Of a stretch of 64,000 nucleotides of DNA, positions 38,799-48,389 are shown piece after piece. Location: contig JBKBKC010000004.1 in assembly GCA_046294265.1 (NCBI GenBank), forward strand, positions 166,206 to 230,205, given 5' to 3'. The stretch's first letter is position 1, and each line of letters starts with the position of its first letter. The notes under the pieces were generated by a model that ran no database searches, was not told the DNA's origin, and saw only the letters and a program-made list of their open reading frames with translations. The position numbers and the translations under genes were made by a program. This stretch comes from Gemmobacter sp. Lineage in GTDB: Bacteria; Pseudomonadota; Alphaproteobacteria; Rhodobacterales; Rhodobacteraceae.

Positions 38799-39746
38799 TC
38801 ACTTGATGTTTTCGCGGGCCCATTTCTTGTGGACGGCCAGCGCCATCAGGCGGCGGTCGCGCCAGCGCTGCCGGTCCTTCAGGCCTTCGGCAGGCAGGAT
38901 CGCGCGGCGGCGTTCTTCGATATGGTCGATCAGCGGCCCGGCCCATGGCACCAGATCGCGCTGCGTCTCGGCGATGGCCCGGTTCATCGGCTCGTAGCGT
39001 TCGGCATATTCGCGGATGCCGTTGGGCGCGTTCAGGTCACCCACCTCGAACGGCCCGATGAAGGACCAGCGCTGGCTGATCCCTTCGGACATGGCACGGT
39101 CCACGTCCTCGGGCGAGGCCACGCCCTGGGCCACAAGACGGAAGGATTCGTGCAGGATCGGTGCCTGAAGGCGGTTCATGATGAAACCGGTCACCTCCTT
39201 GTTCAGCGTGATGGGCGCCTGACCCATCGCCTCCAGCCGGTCGCGGGTCTTTTTCACGACCGCCTTGTCCGTCCAGGGGGCAGGCACCAGCTCCAGGATC
39301 GGCACAACATAGGGCGGGTTCGTCGGATGCACGATCATGCAGCGATGGCGCCCGGCAAGGTGCTCGGTGAACCTGCTTGCGACGATCGAGGAGGAGGATG
39401 AGGCCAGCACCACATCGTGCGGGCACAAAGCATCCAGCTTGCCAAAGATCTCCAGCTTCAGTTCCAGCGTTTCGGGCGCGTTCTCCTGCACATGGATCGC
39501 CCCCTCGACCGCCTCTTCGATGGTGTTTACGGCGCTGATCCGGCTGAGCACATCGGCGGCCGTCCGTCCGTTCAAGAGGCCCACCTCTTCAAGATCGGCG
39601 GCGGTCTCTGCAATCCGGGGCAGGGCCGCCTCGGCCACACCTGCAATTGGGTCGTAGAGCCGCACTTCATAACCACCGCGCGAAAAGCAAATCGCAAAAG
39701 CCCGGCCGATGATGCCCGAGCCGATCATGGCAACGCGTTCTGTCAT
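38799..39746 (-). CDS. 3-hydroxyacyl-CoA dehydrogenase-family NAD enzyme (L-carnitine / L-gulonate 3-dehydrogenase-like)
   Basis: ATG at 39746 follows GGAGG. Rossmann motif VAMIGSGIIGRAF, plus ..NAPETLELK.. and ..HPTNPP... Confidence 0.8.
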   Translation of the reverse strand: MTERVAMIGSGIIGRAFAICFSRGGYEVRLYDPIAGVAEAALPRIAETAADLEEVGLLNGRTAADVLSRISAVNTIEEAVEGAIHVQENAPETLELKLEIFGKLDALCPHDVVLASSSSSIVASRFTEHLAGRHRCMIVHPTNPPYVVPILELVPAPWTDKAVVKKTRDRLEAMGQAPITLNKEVTGFIMNRLQAPILHESFRLVAQGVASPEDVDRAMSEGISQRWSFIGPFEVGDLNAPNGIREYAERYEPMNRAIAETQRDLVPWAGPLIDHIEERRRAILPAEGLKDRQRWRDRRLMALAVHKKWARENIK

Positions 39747-39777
39747 GTCAAAACCTCCAGTCGTTCCGATTTTTCCG

Positions 39778-40164
39778 TCACGCCGCGCGTTCGGGATTTT
39801 CAATGAATTCGATCTTGTAGCCGGTCGGATCGACGGCAAACGCGATCCGGGTGCCGTTCTTCATCGTCTTTGGCAAAAGGGAAAACGGCACACCCCTTGC
39901 CGCCAGTTCGGCATGTTTTTCGTCGACGCTGGCCACGAAGAACGCAAGATGGCCGAAGGCATCGCCAAGCTGATAGTCGCGCCCGTCGTGATTGAACGTC
40001 AGCTCAATCTCCATCCCTGTCTTGGGATCTTTCAGGAACGCCAGCGTCGCATCCGCGCCGGGCAGTTCGAAGTGTTCAATCAGGTCAAGCCCTAGTGTAT
40101 CGCGGTAGAACGCGATGGATTGGTCCATGTCCTTCACGCGGATCATGGTGTGGGCAAATCGCAT
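39778..40164 (-). CDS. VOC-family protein (glyoxalase I-like)
   Basis: Starts MRFAHTMIRVKDMDQSIAFYRDTLGL..; also ..GHLAFFV.. and ..KIEFIE... Confidence 0.8.
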   Translation of the reverse strand: MRFAHTMIRVKDMDQSIAFYRDTLGLDLIEHFELPGADATLAFLKDPKTGMEIELTFNHDGRDYQLGDAFGHLAFFVASVDEKHAELAARGVPFSLLPKTMKNGTRIAFAVDPTGYKIEFIENPERAA

Positions 40165-40185
40165 GGGATTACTCCGTTTCAGGTT

Positions 40186-41121
40186 TCAGGCTTTGCCGAC
40201 CCGAGGGTCAAGCAGGACGTAAAAGACATCAGCGATGAGGTTCAGCACCACATAGAGGGCCGCCACGAAACTGAGGCCGGCCGCCACAACGGGAATGTCC
40301 AGTTGCCGGATCGAGTCCATCAGCAGGCGTCCCATGCCGGGCCAGGCGAATACGCTTTCCACGACCATCGACCCGGCGATCAGGTTGCCGATCTGCAAGG
40401 CGGTGATCGTGACGTAAGGGATAAGCGCATTGCGCAGCGCATGGACATAAACCACCCGCGACACTGGCGCGCCCTTGGCCCGGGCGGTGCGGATGTAATC
40501 TTCGTTGATTACCTCGAGCATGGTCGAGCGCATCATCCGCGTGAGATAGGCCATGGGCAGCAACATCAGCGTGACCACCGGCAGGACCATGTGGCTGATC
40601 CGCTTGACCAACCCGCCATCGATTTCGCGTCCCGACGAGGGCAGCCAGCCCAGCACGTTGGAAAACAGCACGATCAGCATGATCCCGACCCAGAAATTCG
40701 GGGCGGCCTGACCGACGAGGGCTGTCACCCGTGCCGCATAATCGGCAGCAGAATTGCGGCGCAAAGCCGAGATGATCCCCGCCGGGATCGAGATGGCAAT
40801 CGCCAGAAGCAGTGCCGGGATCGCGATTTCAGCCGATCTGCCAAGCCGTTCCCACAGCAGGGGCAGCACTTCCTGCTGATGCCTGTAGGAAACGCCAAAG
40901 TCGCCCTGAACGGCGCTGGTCATGAACTCGACATACTGCAGGATCAGGGGGCGGTTGAAGCCAAGCTGCTCGCGAAGCTGTTCGGCCTGTTCGACCGAGG
41001 CTTCGGCACCCGTGATCATCGTCACAGGATCGCCGATCACGAACATCAGGATGAAGGCGAGCGTCAGGGCGGCAAAAATGACGATCAACCCCTGGCCGGC
41101 TCTTTGCAGAAGAAACTTCAT
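40186..41121 (-). CDS. peptide/opine/nickel-type ABC permease (DppB-like)
   Basis: 311 aa with ..DYIRTARAKGAPVSRVVYVHALRNALIP... Confidence 0.85.
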   Translation of the reverse strand: MKFLLQRAGQGLIVIFAALTLAFILMFVIGDPVTMITGAEASVEQAEQLREQLGFNRPLILQYVEFMTSAVQGDFGVSYRHQQEVLPLLWERLGRSAEIAIPALLLAIAISIPAGIISALRRNSAADYAARVTALVGQAAPNFWVGIMLIVLFSNVLGWLPSSGREIDGGLVKRISHMVLPVVTLMLLPMAYLTRMMRSTMLEVINEDYIRTARAKGAPVSRVVYVHALRNALIPYVTITALQIGNLIAGSMVVESVFAWPGMGRLLMDSIRQLDIPVVAAGLSFVAALYVVLNLIADVFYVLLDPRVGKA

Positions 41122-41148
41122 GACCCGCGCTCCTCTGGCGTTTCAGGT

Positions 41149-41175
41149 CCGGGTGGGCGCGATACGCCCACCCGG
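41149..41175 (-). promoter_or_regulatory. perfect 11-bp GC stem-loop immediately after the SBP gene
   Basis: CCGGGTGGGCG-5 nt-CGCCCACCCGG, 16 nt from the stop. Confidence 0.55.
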
Positions 41176-41190
41176 CAGTCGTGCTTTTCA

Positions 41191-42717
41191 TCACTCGACG
41201 TAGATGGACGCCCAATCCTCGACCAACAGCGACGGATGCGGGGAATAGCCCTTGATCCGCTTGGTCACCGCATAGGCGGCAGGCAGGCGATAGAGGTAAA
41301 CCCACGGCGGATCTTCGTAGAGGATTTCCTGCATCTTGTAGTTGATCTCTGTCCGACGCGCCAAATCGACGGTTTCGGTCAACTCACGATAGAGATCGAG
41401 GAAATCCTGCCGAACCCAATGGGTCGAGTTGGTCTTGCGTCCGTCATGGACGGCCCAGGAATCCGTCTCCGGCGTGTTTTCGGCAGCCGACCAACCATAA
41501 CCCGCGACCGACAGGGTCCGCGCGCCCCAGCGTTCGCGCATCACTGCGGCTTCCAGCCTGCGAACCTCGCCGACCTCGACACCGATTGCGCCCCAGAACT
41601 GCGCGACAGCTTCCGAGAACTCGAACGCATCGGGGATCATCACGTCGATGGTGTCGATCTTGAACCCGTTCGGATAGCCCGCCTCAGCCAGCAGTGCTTT
41701 GGCGCGTTCGGGGTCATAGGGATAGGGCGACAGCGCCGGGTTTTCGTGCGGCGGATTGATCAGCGTCACGCTTTTCAGGCTTTTCTCACCAAACGCAAAT
41801 GCGTCAATGATTGCGTCCCGGTCCACGGCAAGGTTCAGGGCGACGCGCACGCGCGGGTCCTGCAGGGCCGGATGAACGGTAAGGTTGTAAATGATCACGG
41901 CCCTTGCCGTTGTCGGCGCCACCACCAGCTTCAGGTTGTCATTGGACGACACGACATCCGCGAGGTCCGGCGTGATGCGCACGATGTCGGCGTTCCCGGC
42001 CATCACCTCGGAAAAGGCGGTGGACATTTCGGGGATCATCCGAACGACCAGCTCGTCGATGTTGCTTTTCTCGTCCCAGCCCCAGTAATCCGCGTTCTTG
42101 GTCAGGATCACGCGGTCATCACGGCGGAACTCCTTCAACTTGTAGGGGCCGGTTCCGACAGGCTGCACGATCGCCTCGTCCAGCGAGATGCTGGAATAAT
42201 GCCCTGGCGCCAGGATGAAGGCACCGTTCCGCGACAGGCGCTGCGGCAGGATCGGGACGGGCGTCTTCGTCACGATTTCGACCGTGAAGTCGTCGATCAC
42301 GTTGATGGCCGTGATCGGCACATCGCGGAACTTGTCCGAACTTGGGAAATCGGGCGCAAGGTGACGTTCGAGCGAAAACTTTACGGCTTCCGCGTTGAAC
42401 GGCTCTCCGTTGTGGAACTTGACCCCCTGGCGCAACTTGAAGCGCCACGTCAGGTCATCCACGGGCGCCCATTCAGTGGCAAGTGCAGGATAGAGACCGC
42501 TCTTTCCAGTGCGCCCGTCGAAGTCGAAGATCAGAGGTTCGAACATCGCCTTCGACACATATTGTTCGGCAAAGACGATGTTGCGGGGCGGATCCCCGAT
42601 GATGTCGATCCGCTCATTCACCACATAGGTGATCGACGTCTCGGCATGGCCCGGGCTGCTGCCCACCGCCAGTGCCATCCCGGCAATTGCCAGGGCTGAC
42701 AGGAATAGTCTTCGCAT
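41191..42717 (-). CDS. family-5 extracellular solute-binding protein (DppA/OppA-like)
   Basis: ATG at 42717 follows GGAGGAGG. Has a signal peptide (MRRLFLSALAIAGMALAVGSSPGHA) and ..WRFKLRQGVKFHNGEPFNAEAV... Confidence 0.85.
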   Translation of the reverse strand: MRRLFLSALAIAGMALAVGSSPGHAETSITYVVNERIDIIGDPPRNIVFAEQYVSKAMFEPLIFDFDGRTGKSGLYPALATEWAPVDDLTWRFKLRQGVKFHNGEPFNAEAVKFSLERHLAPDFPSSDKFRDVPITAINVIDDFTVEIVTKTPVPILPQRLSRNGAFILAPGHYSSISLDEAIVQPVGTGPYKLKEFRRDDRVILTKNADYWGWDEKSNIDELVVRMIPEMSTAFSEVMAGNADIVRITPDLADVVSSNDNLKLVVAPTTARAVIIYNLTVHPALQDPRVRVALNLAVDRDAIIDAFAFGEKSLKSVTLINPPHENPALSPYPYDPERAKALLAEAGYPNGFKIDTIDVMIPDAFEFSEAVAQFWGAIGVEVGEVRRLEAAVMRERWGARTLSVAGYGWSAAENTPETDSWAVHDGRKTNSTHWVRQDFLDLYRELTETVDLARRTEINYKMQEILYEDPPWVYLYRLPAAYAVTKRIKGYSPHPSLLVEDWASIYVE

Positions 42718-42832
42718 GTTTTTCCTCCTCCAGATTGGTGACGTGCCCTGCTCGGTCTTTGCCGCGCTTATCGGGCCTTGCTGCGGGCGGCGTTGCCATC
42801 GCCCGTAAGAACTTCGAAACTCGGGCTGCCCC

Positions 42833-43795
42833 TCAGATCCGCACATCGAAGAAGTCGCGCACCCAGTCCCCCAGCAGATTGAAGGCGAGCACGGTCGCAG
42901 TGATCGCCAGACCCGGCCAGAGCGGTGCATAGAAATCGCGAAAGATGATGTCGCGGGCATCGGCCAACATGTTGCCCCAGGTCGGAATCGCGGGCGGCAC
43001 GCCAAGACCGAAGAAGCTGAGCGCCGCCTCGTAGTAAATCGCCATTGCAAGCGAGAAACTGGCAACGACCAGCATCGAGGCGACAGTGTTCGGGAACACA
43101 TGCCGAAAGATGATCCGCCACTTTCCCGCACCCAGCGCGCGGGCACCCTGCACGAATTCCAGTTGCTTGACCTTCAGCACTTCGGACCGCACCACCCGGG
43201 CATAGACCGCCCATTGTGTCAGCGCGATCACGATCACCAACTCGACCACTCCGGAGCCCAAAAGGGCCATCGCGATCAGGCCAAGCAAAAGGCTGGGGAA
43301 GGCCAGTTGCAGGTCGGCCAGCCGCATGATGATCGCATCGGCCCATTTTCCGAAGTATCCAGCAAGCAAACCGGCCATGACCCCGATAAGCCCGCCCAAC
43401 AGCACCGAGGAAAACGCCACGATCAAGGTCATTCGGGCGCCATAGATCAGACGACTGAGGATATCGCGCCCCAGACCGTCGGTTCCGAGCAGGTAGGCAG
43501 GGTTGGTTTTGCCCGTTGCCGCGAAAGCGGGATACAGGCGCCGGTTCACAAGGCTCATCTCACCTGGGGCATGCGGTGAAATCCAATGGGCGAACGTCGC
43601 CACAATGACCAGACCGACAACCAGAGCCAGCGACACAAGCGCCACTTTCGACGCCAGCAGGCTGCCCAAGGCCCTTTGGGCGAGCGTTTGCCGTGAATGG
43701 GCAAGCGTCTGTTCGGCCGCACCGGCAAGGGGCGGAGGCACATCTGGCGCGCGGGTGTCGGGATGCAGAGTGGCATCTGTCATGGTTGCCCTCAC
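42833..43795 (-). CDS. peptide-type ABC permease (DppC-like)
   Basis: ..LLGTDGLGRDILSRLIYGAR... The GTG at 43795 overlaps the upstream stop. An alternative ATG at 43783 has GAGGG upstream. Confidence 0.85.
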   Translation of the reverse strand: MRATMTDATLHPDTRAPDVPPPLAGAAEQTLAHSRQTLAQRALGSLLASKVALVSLALVVGLVIVATFAHWISPHAPGEMSLVNRRLYPAFAATGKTNPAYLLGTDGLGRDILSRLIYGARMTLIVAFSSVLLGGLIGVMAGLLAGYFGKWADAIIMRLADLQLAFPSLLLGLIAMALLGSGVVELVIVIALTQWAVYARVVRSEVLKVKQLEFVQGARALGAGKWRIIFRHVFPNTVASMLVVASFSLAMAIYYEAALSFFGLGVPPAIPTWGNMLADARDIIFRDFYAPLWPGLAITATVLAFNLLGDWVRDFFDVRI

Positions 43796-44808
43796 TGGTT
43801 GATGCAGGCTTTGAAGTGGTCAACGCCGACCTGCTCCATCGGTGGCACGACATCTGCACATTGCGGCGAGGCAAGCGGGCAGCGGGTCCGGAACACACAG
43901 CCCGACGGCGGATTGATCGGGCTGGGAATGTCGCCCTGCAGGATGCGGCGGTTCTTTGCAGCCCCGGGCACCGGGTTCGGCACCGCGGACAGCAGAGCCT
44001 CGGTGTAGGGATGGCGTGGACGGGCATAGACCTGATCCGCCGGTCCCACCTCGACGATGCGGCCCAGATACATAACCGCGATCCGGTCCACGAGGTATTC
44101 GACCACGCCCAGATCATGGCTGATGAACAGCATGGTCAGGCCGAATTCCTCTCTGAGATCGGAGATCAGGTTGATCACCTGCGCCTGGATCGACACATCA
44201 AGCGCTGACACAGGCTCATCCGCCACGATGAAGGTCGGGTCCACGGCAAGGGCCCGCGCGATACCGATGCGCTGGCGCTGACCGCCCGAGAATTCATGCG
44301 GAAACCGCGAGGCATGTGCAGGGGACAGACCGACCCTGGACAAAAGATCCCCGATCCGCGCCTTACGTTCGCGCGGCGGATGCAACCCATGGATCACATA
44401 GGCCTCGTTGATCGCCTCGCCGACGGTCATGCGGGGGTTCAGGCTGGCATAGGGGTCCTGAAAGATGATCTGCATCTTGCGCCGCAGCACCCGCAGCGCA
44501 TCGTCATCTGCGGCAGTCACATCCTCGCCGTCAAATACCACGCGGCCACCGGTCGGGTTGACCAGCCGGATCACGCTTCGCCCGAGTGTCGTCTTCCCTG
44601 ACCCGCTTTCGCCCACCAGGCCCAGGATTTCTCCGCGCCGTATGTCAAGGTTCACGTCCTCGACAGCATGAACCGCCTTTTTCGTGAGGCCAAAGAACCC
44701 GCCGCGCAGGGGAAACCGGGTTTGCAGGGCGCGCAAAGACACCAGCGGCGTTCCAGGATCGCCCTTGCGGCTGATGGGTGCCTCCATGGTCGCTTCGGCC
44801 AGGGTCAT
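43792..44808 (-). CDS. peptide-type ABC ATP-binding protein (DppF-like)
   Basis: The ATG at 44808 overlaps the upstream stop (ATGA). Walker [10 protein letters not shown], signature FSGGQRQR, and an oligopeptide C-terminal extension. Confidence 0.85.
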   Translation of the reverse strand: MTLAEATMEAPISRKGDPGTPLVSLRALQTRFPLRGGFFGLTKKAVHAVEDVNLDIRRGEILGLVGESGSGKTTLGRSVIRLVNPTGGRVVFDGEDVTAADDDALRVLRRKMQIIFQDPYASLNPRMTVGEAINEAYVIHGLHPPRERKARIGDLLSRVGLSPAHASRFPHEFSGGQRQRIGIARALAVDPTFIVADEPVSALDVSIQAQVINLISDLREEFGLTMLFISHDLGVVEYLVDRIAVMYLGRIVEVGPADQVYARPRHPYTEALLSAVPNPVPGAAKNRRILQGDIPSPINPPSGCVFRTRCPLASPQCADVVPPMEQVGVDHFKACINQ

Positions 44809-45824
44809 GCGACATCCTCCCGGATCTCGTCGTATCGCGCACAGCGGACCCGGTGGCCGGGGCTGACTTCGATGATCGGCGGCACGTCGGTGTTGCACAC
44901 CCCGTCGCGTCCGAACCGGCAACGGGGGTGGAAACTGCATCCCTGCGGCAATTTCAGCGGGTTGGGCACATTGCCGGGAATGGTATCCAGCCTGCGCGCC
45001 GACTTCCGTGCGAGCCGCGGATTGGAATTCAGCAAGCCCCGCGTGTAGGGCATGCGCGGGCGCAACAGCACCTCGGCGACCGGACCCTCCTCCACGACCC
45101 GACCGGAGTACATGACCACCACCCGGTCGGCCATCTCGGCCACCACGCCCAGATCATGCGTGATGAACAGAACGCTCATGCCCAGTTCGCGCTGCAACCG
45201 CTGGATGAGATCCAGGATTTGGGCCTGGATCGTCACGTCCAGTGCCGTGGTCGGCTCGTCGGCAATCAGCAGGCGTGGGTTGCAGGCCAGCGCCATGGCG
45301 ATCATCGCCCGCTGGCGCATGCCTCCGGAAAGTTCGTGCGGGTAGTTCTTCAAACGCGCCCTGGGCTCGGGGATGCCGACAAGCTCTAGCATTTCCAGCG
45401 CGCGCGCCGTCGCCTGCCTGTTGGTCATGCCCATGTGTAGCCGCGCAGCCTCGGCGATCTGCGTGCCGACCATGTAAACCGGGTTTAGGCTGGTCATAGG
45501 CTCCTGGAAGATCATCGAGATCTCCCCTCCCCGCAACGCCCGCAGGTCGCGCTCGGGCATCTTGAGCATATCCCTGCCGTCATAGCTGATCGCGCCACCG
45601 GCAATGTGACGCTGACCGCCTGTCAGCAGCCCCATCACGGTCAGGCTCGTGACGGATTTGCCCGATCCACTCTCGCCAACAACCGCCAGCGTCTCGCCGG
45701 GGTTGATGTGAAAGCTCACGCCATCGACAGCCCTGACAATACCCAGCGCAGTCTTGAAGTGCACTTTCAGGTTGTCCACGCGCAGAAGTGGATCGGTTCC
45801 GGTGCGCTTTCCCTCTGATGCCAC
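44805..45824 (-). CDS. peptide-type ABC ATP-binding protein (DppD-like)
   Basis: Walker [10 protein letters not shown], signature LSGGMRQR. The start is set at GTG 45824 (GGTGGAG 4 nt upstream). The ORF-track start at 45929 is a TTG with no RBS. Confidence 0.8.
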   Translation of the reverse strand: MASEGKRTGTDPLLRVDNLKVHFKTALGIVRAVDGVSFHINPGETLAVVGESGSGKSVTSLTVMGLLTGGQRHIAGGAISYDGRDMLKMPERDLRALRGGEISMIFQEPMTSLNPVYMVGTQIAEAARLHMGMTNRQATARALEMLELVGIPEPRARLKNYPHELSGGMRQRAMIAMALACNPRLLIADEPTTALDVTIQAQILDLIQRLQRELGMSVLFITHDLGVVAEMADRVVVMYSGRVVEEGPVAEVLLRPRMPYTRGLLNSNPRLARKSARRLDTIPGNVPNPLKLPQGCSFHPRCRFGRDGVCNTDVPPIIEVSPGHRVRCARYDEIREDVA

Positions 45825-45981
45825 ATGCTCCACCGTCAAGAACCCCAACGAACAGGACTTGCGGGTCGCCGATGACCGCAGGTTGTTTTTTGTCCATCGG
45901 GTTTGAGGACGAGACGTGACCACCGGCAAACGGTTCCTGAGCGGTATGGCCGGGCGGCCCGCTCAAAGACAACTGCAGTCC

Positions 45982-45996
45982 GCAACATACGTGCCC
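45982..45996 (-). promoter_or_regulatory. sigma54 (-24/-12) promoter candidate reading toward the dpp-like operon
   Basis: The minus strand reads GGGCACGTATGTTGC against consensus TGGCACG-N4-TTGC, with correct GG/GC spacing. Confidence 0.55.
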
Positions 45997-46146
45997 CAAC
46001 ACCATCGCCCCAGCGATGGAACATCCCTGCCGTCACTCGAAGTCCTCCCTTGGGTCGGGCGGTCTGCGCCGCGGCACGGTGTTCCCATGCCTACCCGTTA
46101 CCTGGGTGTCATCGAAGCATCTCGGCACGCGTCGAGCAATGTCCGG

Positions 46147-46192
46147 TTTTTCGACAGCTCGCGATGAAACTGTCGGAAAATCGGACAGTTTC
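46147..46192. promoter_or_regulatory. overlapping inverted repeats built from CGACAG/CTGTCG half-sites (UAS candidate)
   Basis: TTTTCGACAG..CTGTCGGAAAA and GAAACTGTCGG..CGGACAGTTTC. They lie about 155-210 bp upstream of the -24/-12 element and about 65-110 bp upstream of the regulator ATG. Confidence 0.4.
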
Positions 46193-46257
46193 ATGGGCCG
46201 TATCAATACTTGCGATTCGTTTGGGGCGCATTAGACTCGCGGACAGGAGGACAAAAC

Positions 46258-48240
46258 ATGTCTGTGCAGAAGCGCCTGTTTCCGCCATCGGAAAGGTCGG
46301 GTCTGGTGCGGGCGCGAGCACGGCTCGAAAACAGAAGGGTTGTCGAAGGCACGTTTCTGAGCGATCCCGTGGCGCTCAGTTGGCAACGTTGCGTCGATGC
46401 GCAGATGGATCCACTGGATCAGCCAGACAACCTCGTGGTTGATGCCGGCAAGATGGGGCGGCTTTTGCGCCAGCACAGCGTCTTGCGCGCCCTCGCACGG
46501 CCAGAACTGGAACAACTGTTCCGGCAGGTGACCGGCTCCAACTACATGCTGGCGCTTGGGACGCCTGATGGAATCATCACAGACATACTCGCCGACACGT
46601 CATTTCTCGAAACCAAGGCAAGCAAGACGGTGGTTGAAGGGTCGATCTGGACCGAAGCTTTGCGCGGCACCAACGGCATGGGCCTTGCCATCATGGACCG
46701 GGCACCCCGCAGCGTCTGGCGGGGAGAGCACTTTTTTCGCGAACAGGGGCATGTGTCCTGTATTTCGGTTCCAATCTTCGACAGTGGTGGCGATATCGCT
46801 GGCGTGCTTGATGCGTCCACCGCAAGCGAGGACTGGCATGCCCACACGATGGCACTGCTGGCGTTGTCGGCGTCCAACATCGAGGCAGGGCTGTTTCACT
46901 ATGAGCAGCAGGCCCATACCATCCTGCGTGTGCATCCGCGGCCTGAATACCTTCCAACCCTGAGTGCGGGACTCGTCGCGATCGATCCGGATGGTGTGGT
47001 TGTTGCCGTTTCGATGCGAGGGCGTGATTTCCTGCGGATCGACAGTGACAAGACTCCCGAGTTTCTGGACGATATACTTGCGGATGCGGTTGGCGTGGTG
47101 ATCGGAAATCTGATGCGTTCAGGCCGTGCAGCCTGTGCCCTGCGTCAGGGTGGTACGGTCTGGATTTCCAGCGATCACCTTCGCCTTCAGCAGGTTTACG
47201 GTTTTCATGCGGCATTGGCAGATCAGAAGCCTTCGGTCGCTGCGGGCCGCGATGTCTCGCGACCGATAAAAGCCTCGCCGAGCTTATCCGATGGCGGGTT
47301 CGTGGCCACTGATCTCCGTATCCGTGCCCAGATGGAAACGCTGGAGCGCGTTGTCCGACGGAGGGTGCCTGTCCAGATCATCGGCGAAAGCGGCACGGGA
47401 CGAGAATCGGTCGCGCGGTTTGCCCATGCCCGGTCCGGGCGCGCGGGGCCGTTCGTGGCGGTGAACTGTGCGGCCCTGTCGCGTGACACCTGTGCCGCTG
47501 AACTGTTTGGACAGGTGGATCGGATGACGCGTGTAGACCCGCCCGGACTTTTGGGATCCGCCCAGAATGGCACACTTTTCCTGGAGGACGCCGACCTCCT
47601 TCCGACTGCGGCACATGCTGACCTGAACCGTTTCTTGGACACCGGCGAGGTGCGCCCGATTGGCGGCGCAGCAACTGTCACGCTGGATGTTCAGGTCATT
47701 TCGGCGATCACGTCACCGGGCAGTCTGTCGAAGAAACATACCCGAGACGTGGTCGCCAGCCGTCGGGGAAGGGGCCTTTTCCTCCTGAATGCATTCGCCA
47801 TCATGCTTCCCGCGTTGCGCGAACGAACCGATATCCGTGATATCGCACGGTCGCTTCTGGCGCAGATGGCAGTCGGTGTTGAGATTACTTCTGACGCGAT
47901 GCGTGCCCTCTGTACCCACGAATGGCCCGGGAACATCCGTGAAATGCGGACCTCGCTGAACGTCGCGATTGCAATTTGTGATGACAACCAGATCCGGCCG
48001 CAGGACATCCTGCGTGCGCTTCCCGGGCATCCTGCCGCAAGCGATTTGGATCATGTGTCGGGTCAATGCAGACCATCGGCCTGTTGCGCCTGTCGCGACA
48101 GCTCGCTCCGCCGCAACAGGTGCATTCAGATGCGCGAAACTTATCTGGCGCAAAGAAAGAACGCATCGCGGACTGCACGCGTGCTGGGAATATCTCGAAG
48201 CACGCTGCATGAACATATCCGGGGTTTGCGCGGTGATTGA
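46258..48240 (+). CDS. AcoR-family regulator (GAF-like N-domain + AAA+ sigma54-interaction-type domain + Fis HTH) with degenerate ATPase/sigma54-contact motifs
   Basis: ATG at 46258 follows CAGGAGG. N-domain ..WTEALRGTNGMGLAI..VPIFDSGGDIAGVLDAS... Central domain GESGTGRE, ELFGQVDRMTRVDPPG (no GAFTGA), LFLEDA. C-terminal ..ASRTARVLGISRSTLHEHI... Confidence 0.8.
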   Translation: MSVQKRLFPPSERSGLVRARARLENRRVVEGTFLSDPVALSWQRCVDAQMDPLDQPDNLVVDAGKMGRLLRQHSVLRALARPELEQLFRQVTGSNYMLALGTPDGIITDILADTSFLETKASKTVVEGSIWTEALRGTNGMGLAIMDRAPRSVWRGEHFFREQGHVSCISVPIFDSGGDIAGVLDASTASEDWHAHTMALLALSASNIEAGLFHYEQQAHTILRVHPRPEYLPTLSAGLVAIDPDGVVVAVSMRGRDFLRIDSDKTPEFLDDILADAVGVVIGNLMRSGRAACALRQGGTVWISSDHLRLQQVYGFHAALADQKPSVAAGRDVSRPIKASPSLSDGGFVATDLRIRAQMETLERVVRRRVPVQIIGESGTGRESVARFAHARSGRAGPFVAVNCAALSRDTCAAELFGQVDRMTRVDPPGLLGSAQNGTLFLEDADLLPTAAHADLNRFLDTGEVRPIGGAATVTLDVQVISAITSPGSLSKKHTRDVVASRRGRGLFLLNAFAIMLPALRERTDIRDIARSLLAQMAVGVEITSDAMRALCTHEWPGNIREMRTSLNVAIAICDDNQIRPQDILRALPGHPAASDLDHVSGQCRPSACCACRDSSLRRNRCIQMRETYLAQRKNASRTARVLGISRSTLHEHIRGLRGD

Positions 48241-48389
48241 GAACTTTAGGCTCCGGACTTCGGTAACGGGGTCGGCCCGGTCAAGCGGATTTGCGCATGC
48301 GACTTGCGCCGCCGAGCCGCAGTCGCGTTCTGTGAACGATTGATCTGCTTCCCTGTGCGGTAGCCTTCGTCTGAGAGCGACCCGGGTGC

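Noticed and set aside
40120-42699. 859-aa plus-strand ORF
   Set aside because: It is antisense to the DppB-like, SBP and VOC genes. It is His/Arg/Asp-rich low complexity with no recognisable domain.
46114-46128. Plus-strand GGCACG-N4-GAGC upstream of the AcoR-like gene as an autoregulatory sigma54 promoter
   Set aside because: The spacing is right, but the -12 region has GA instead of the conserved TT. It is much weaker than the minus-strand site, so I left it unreported as a feature.
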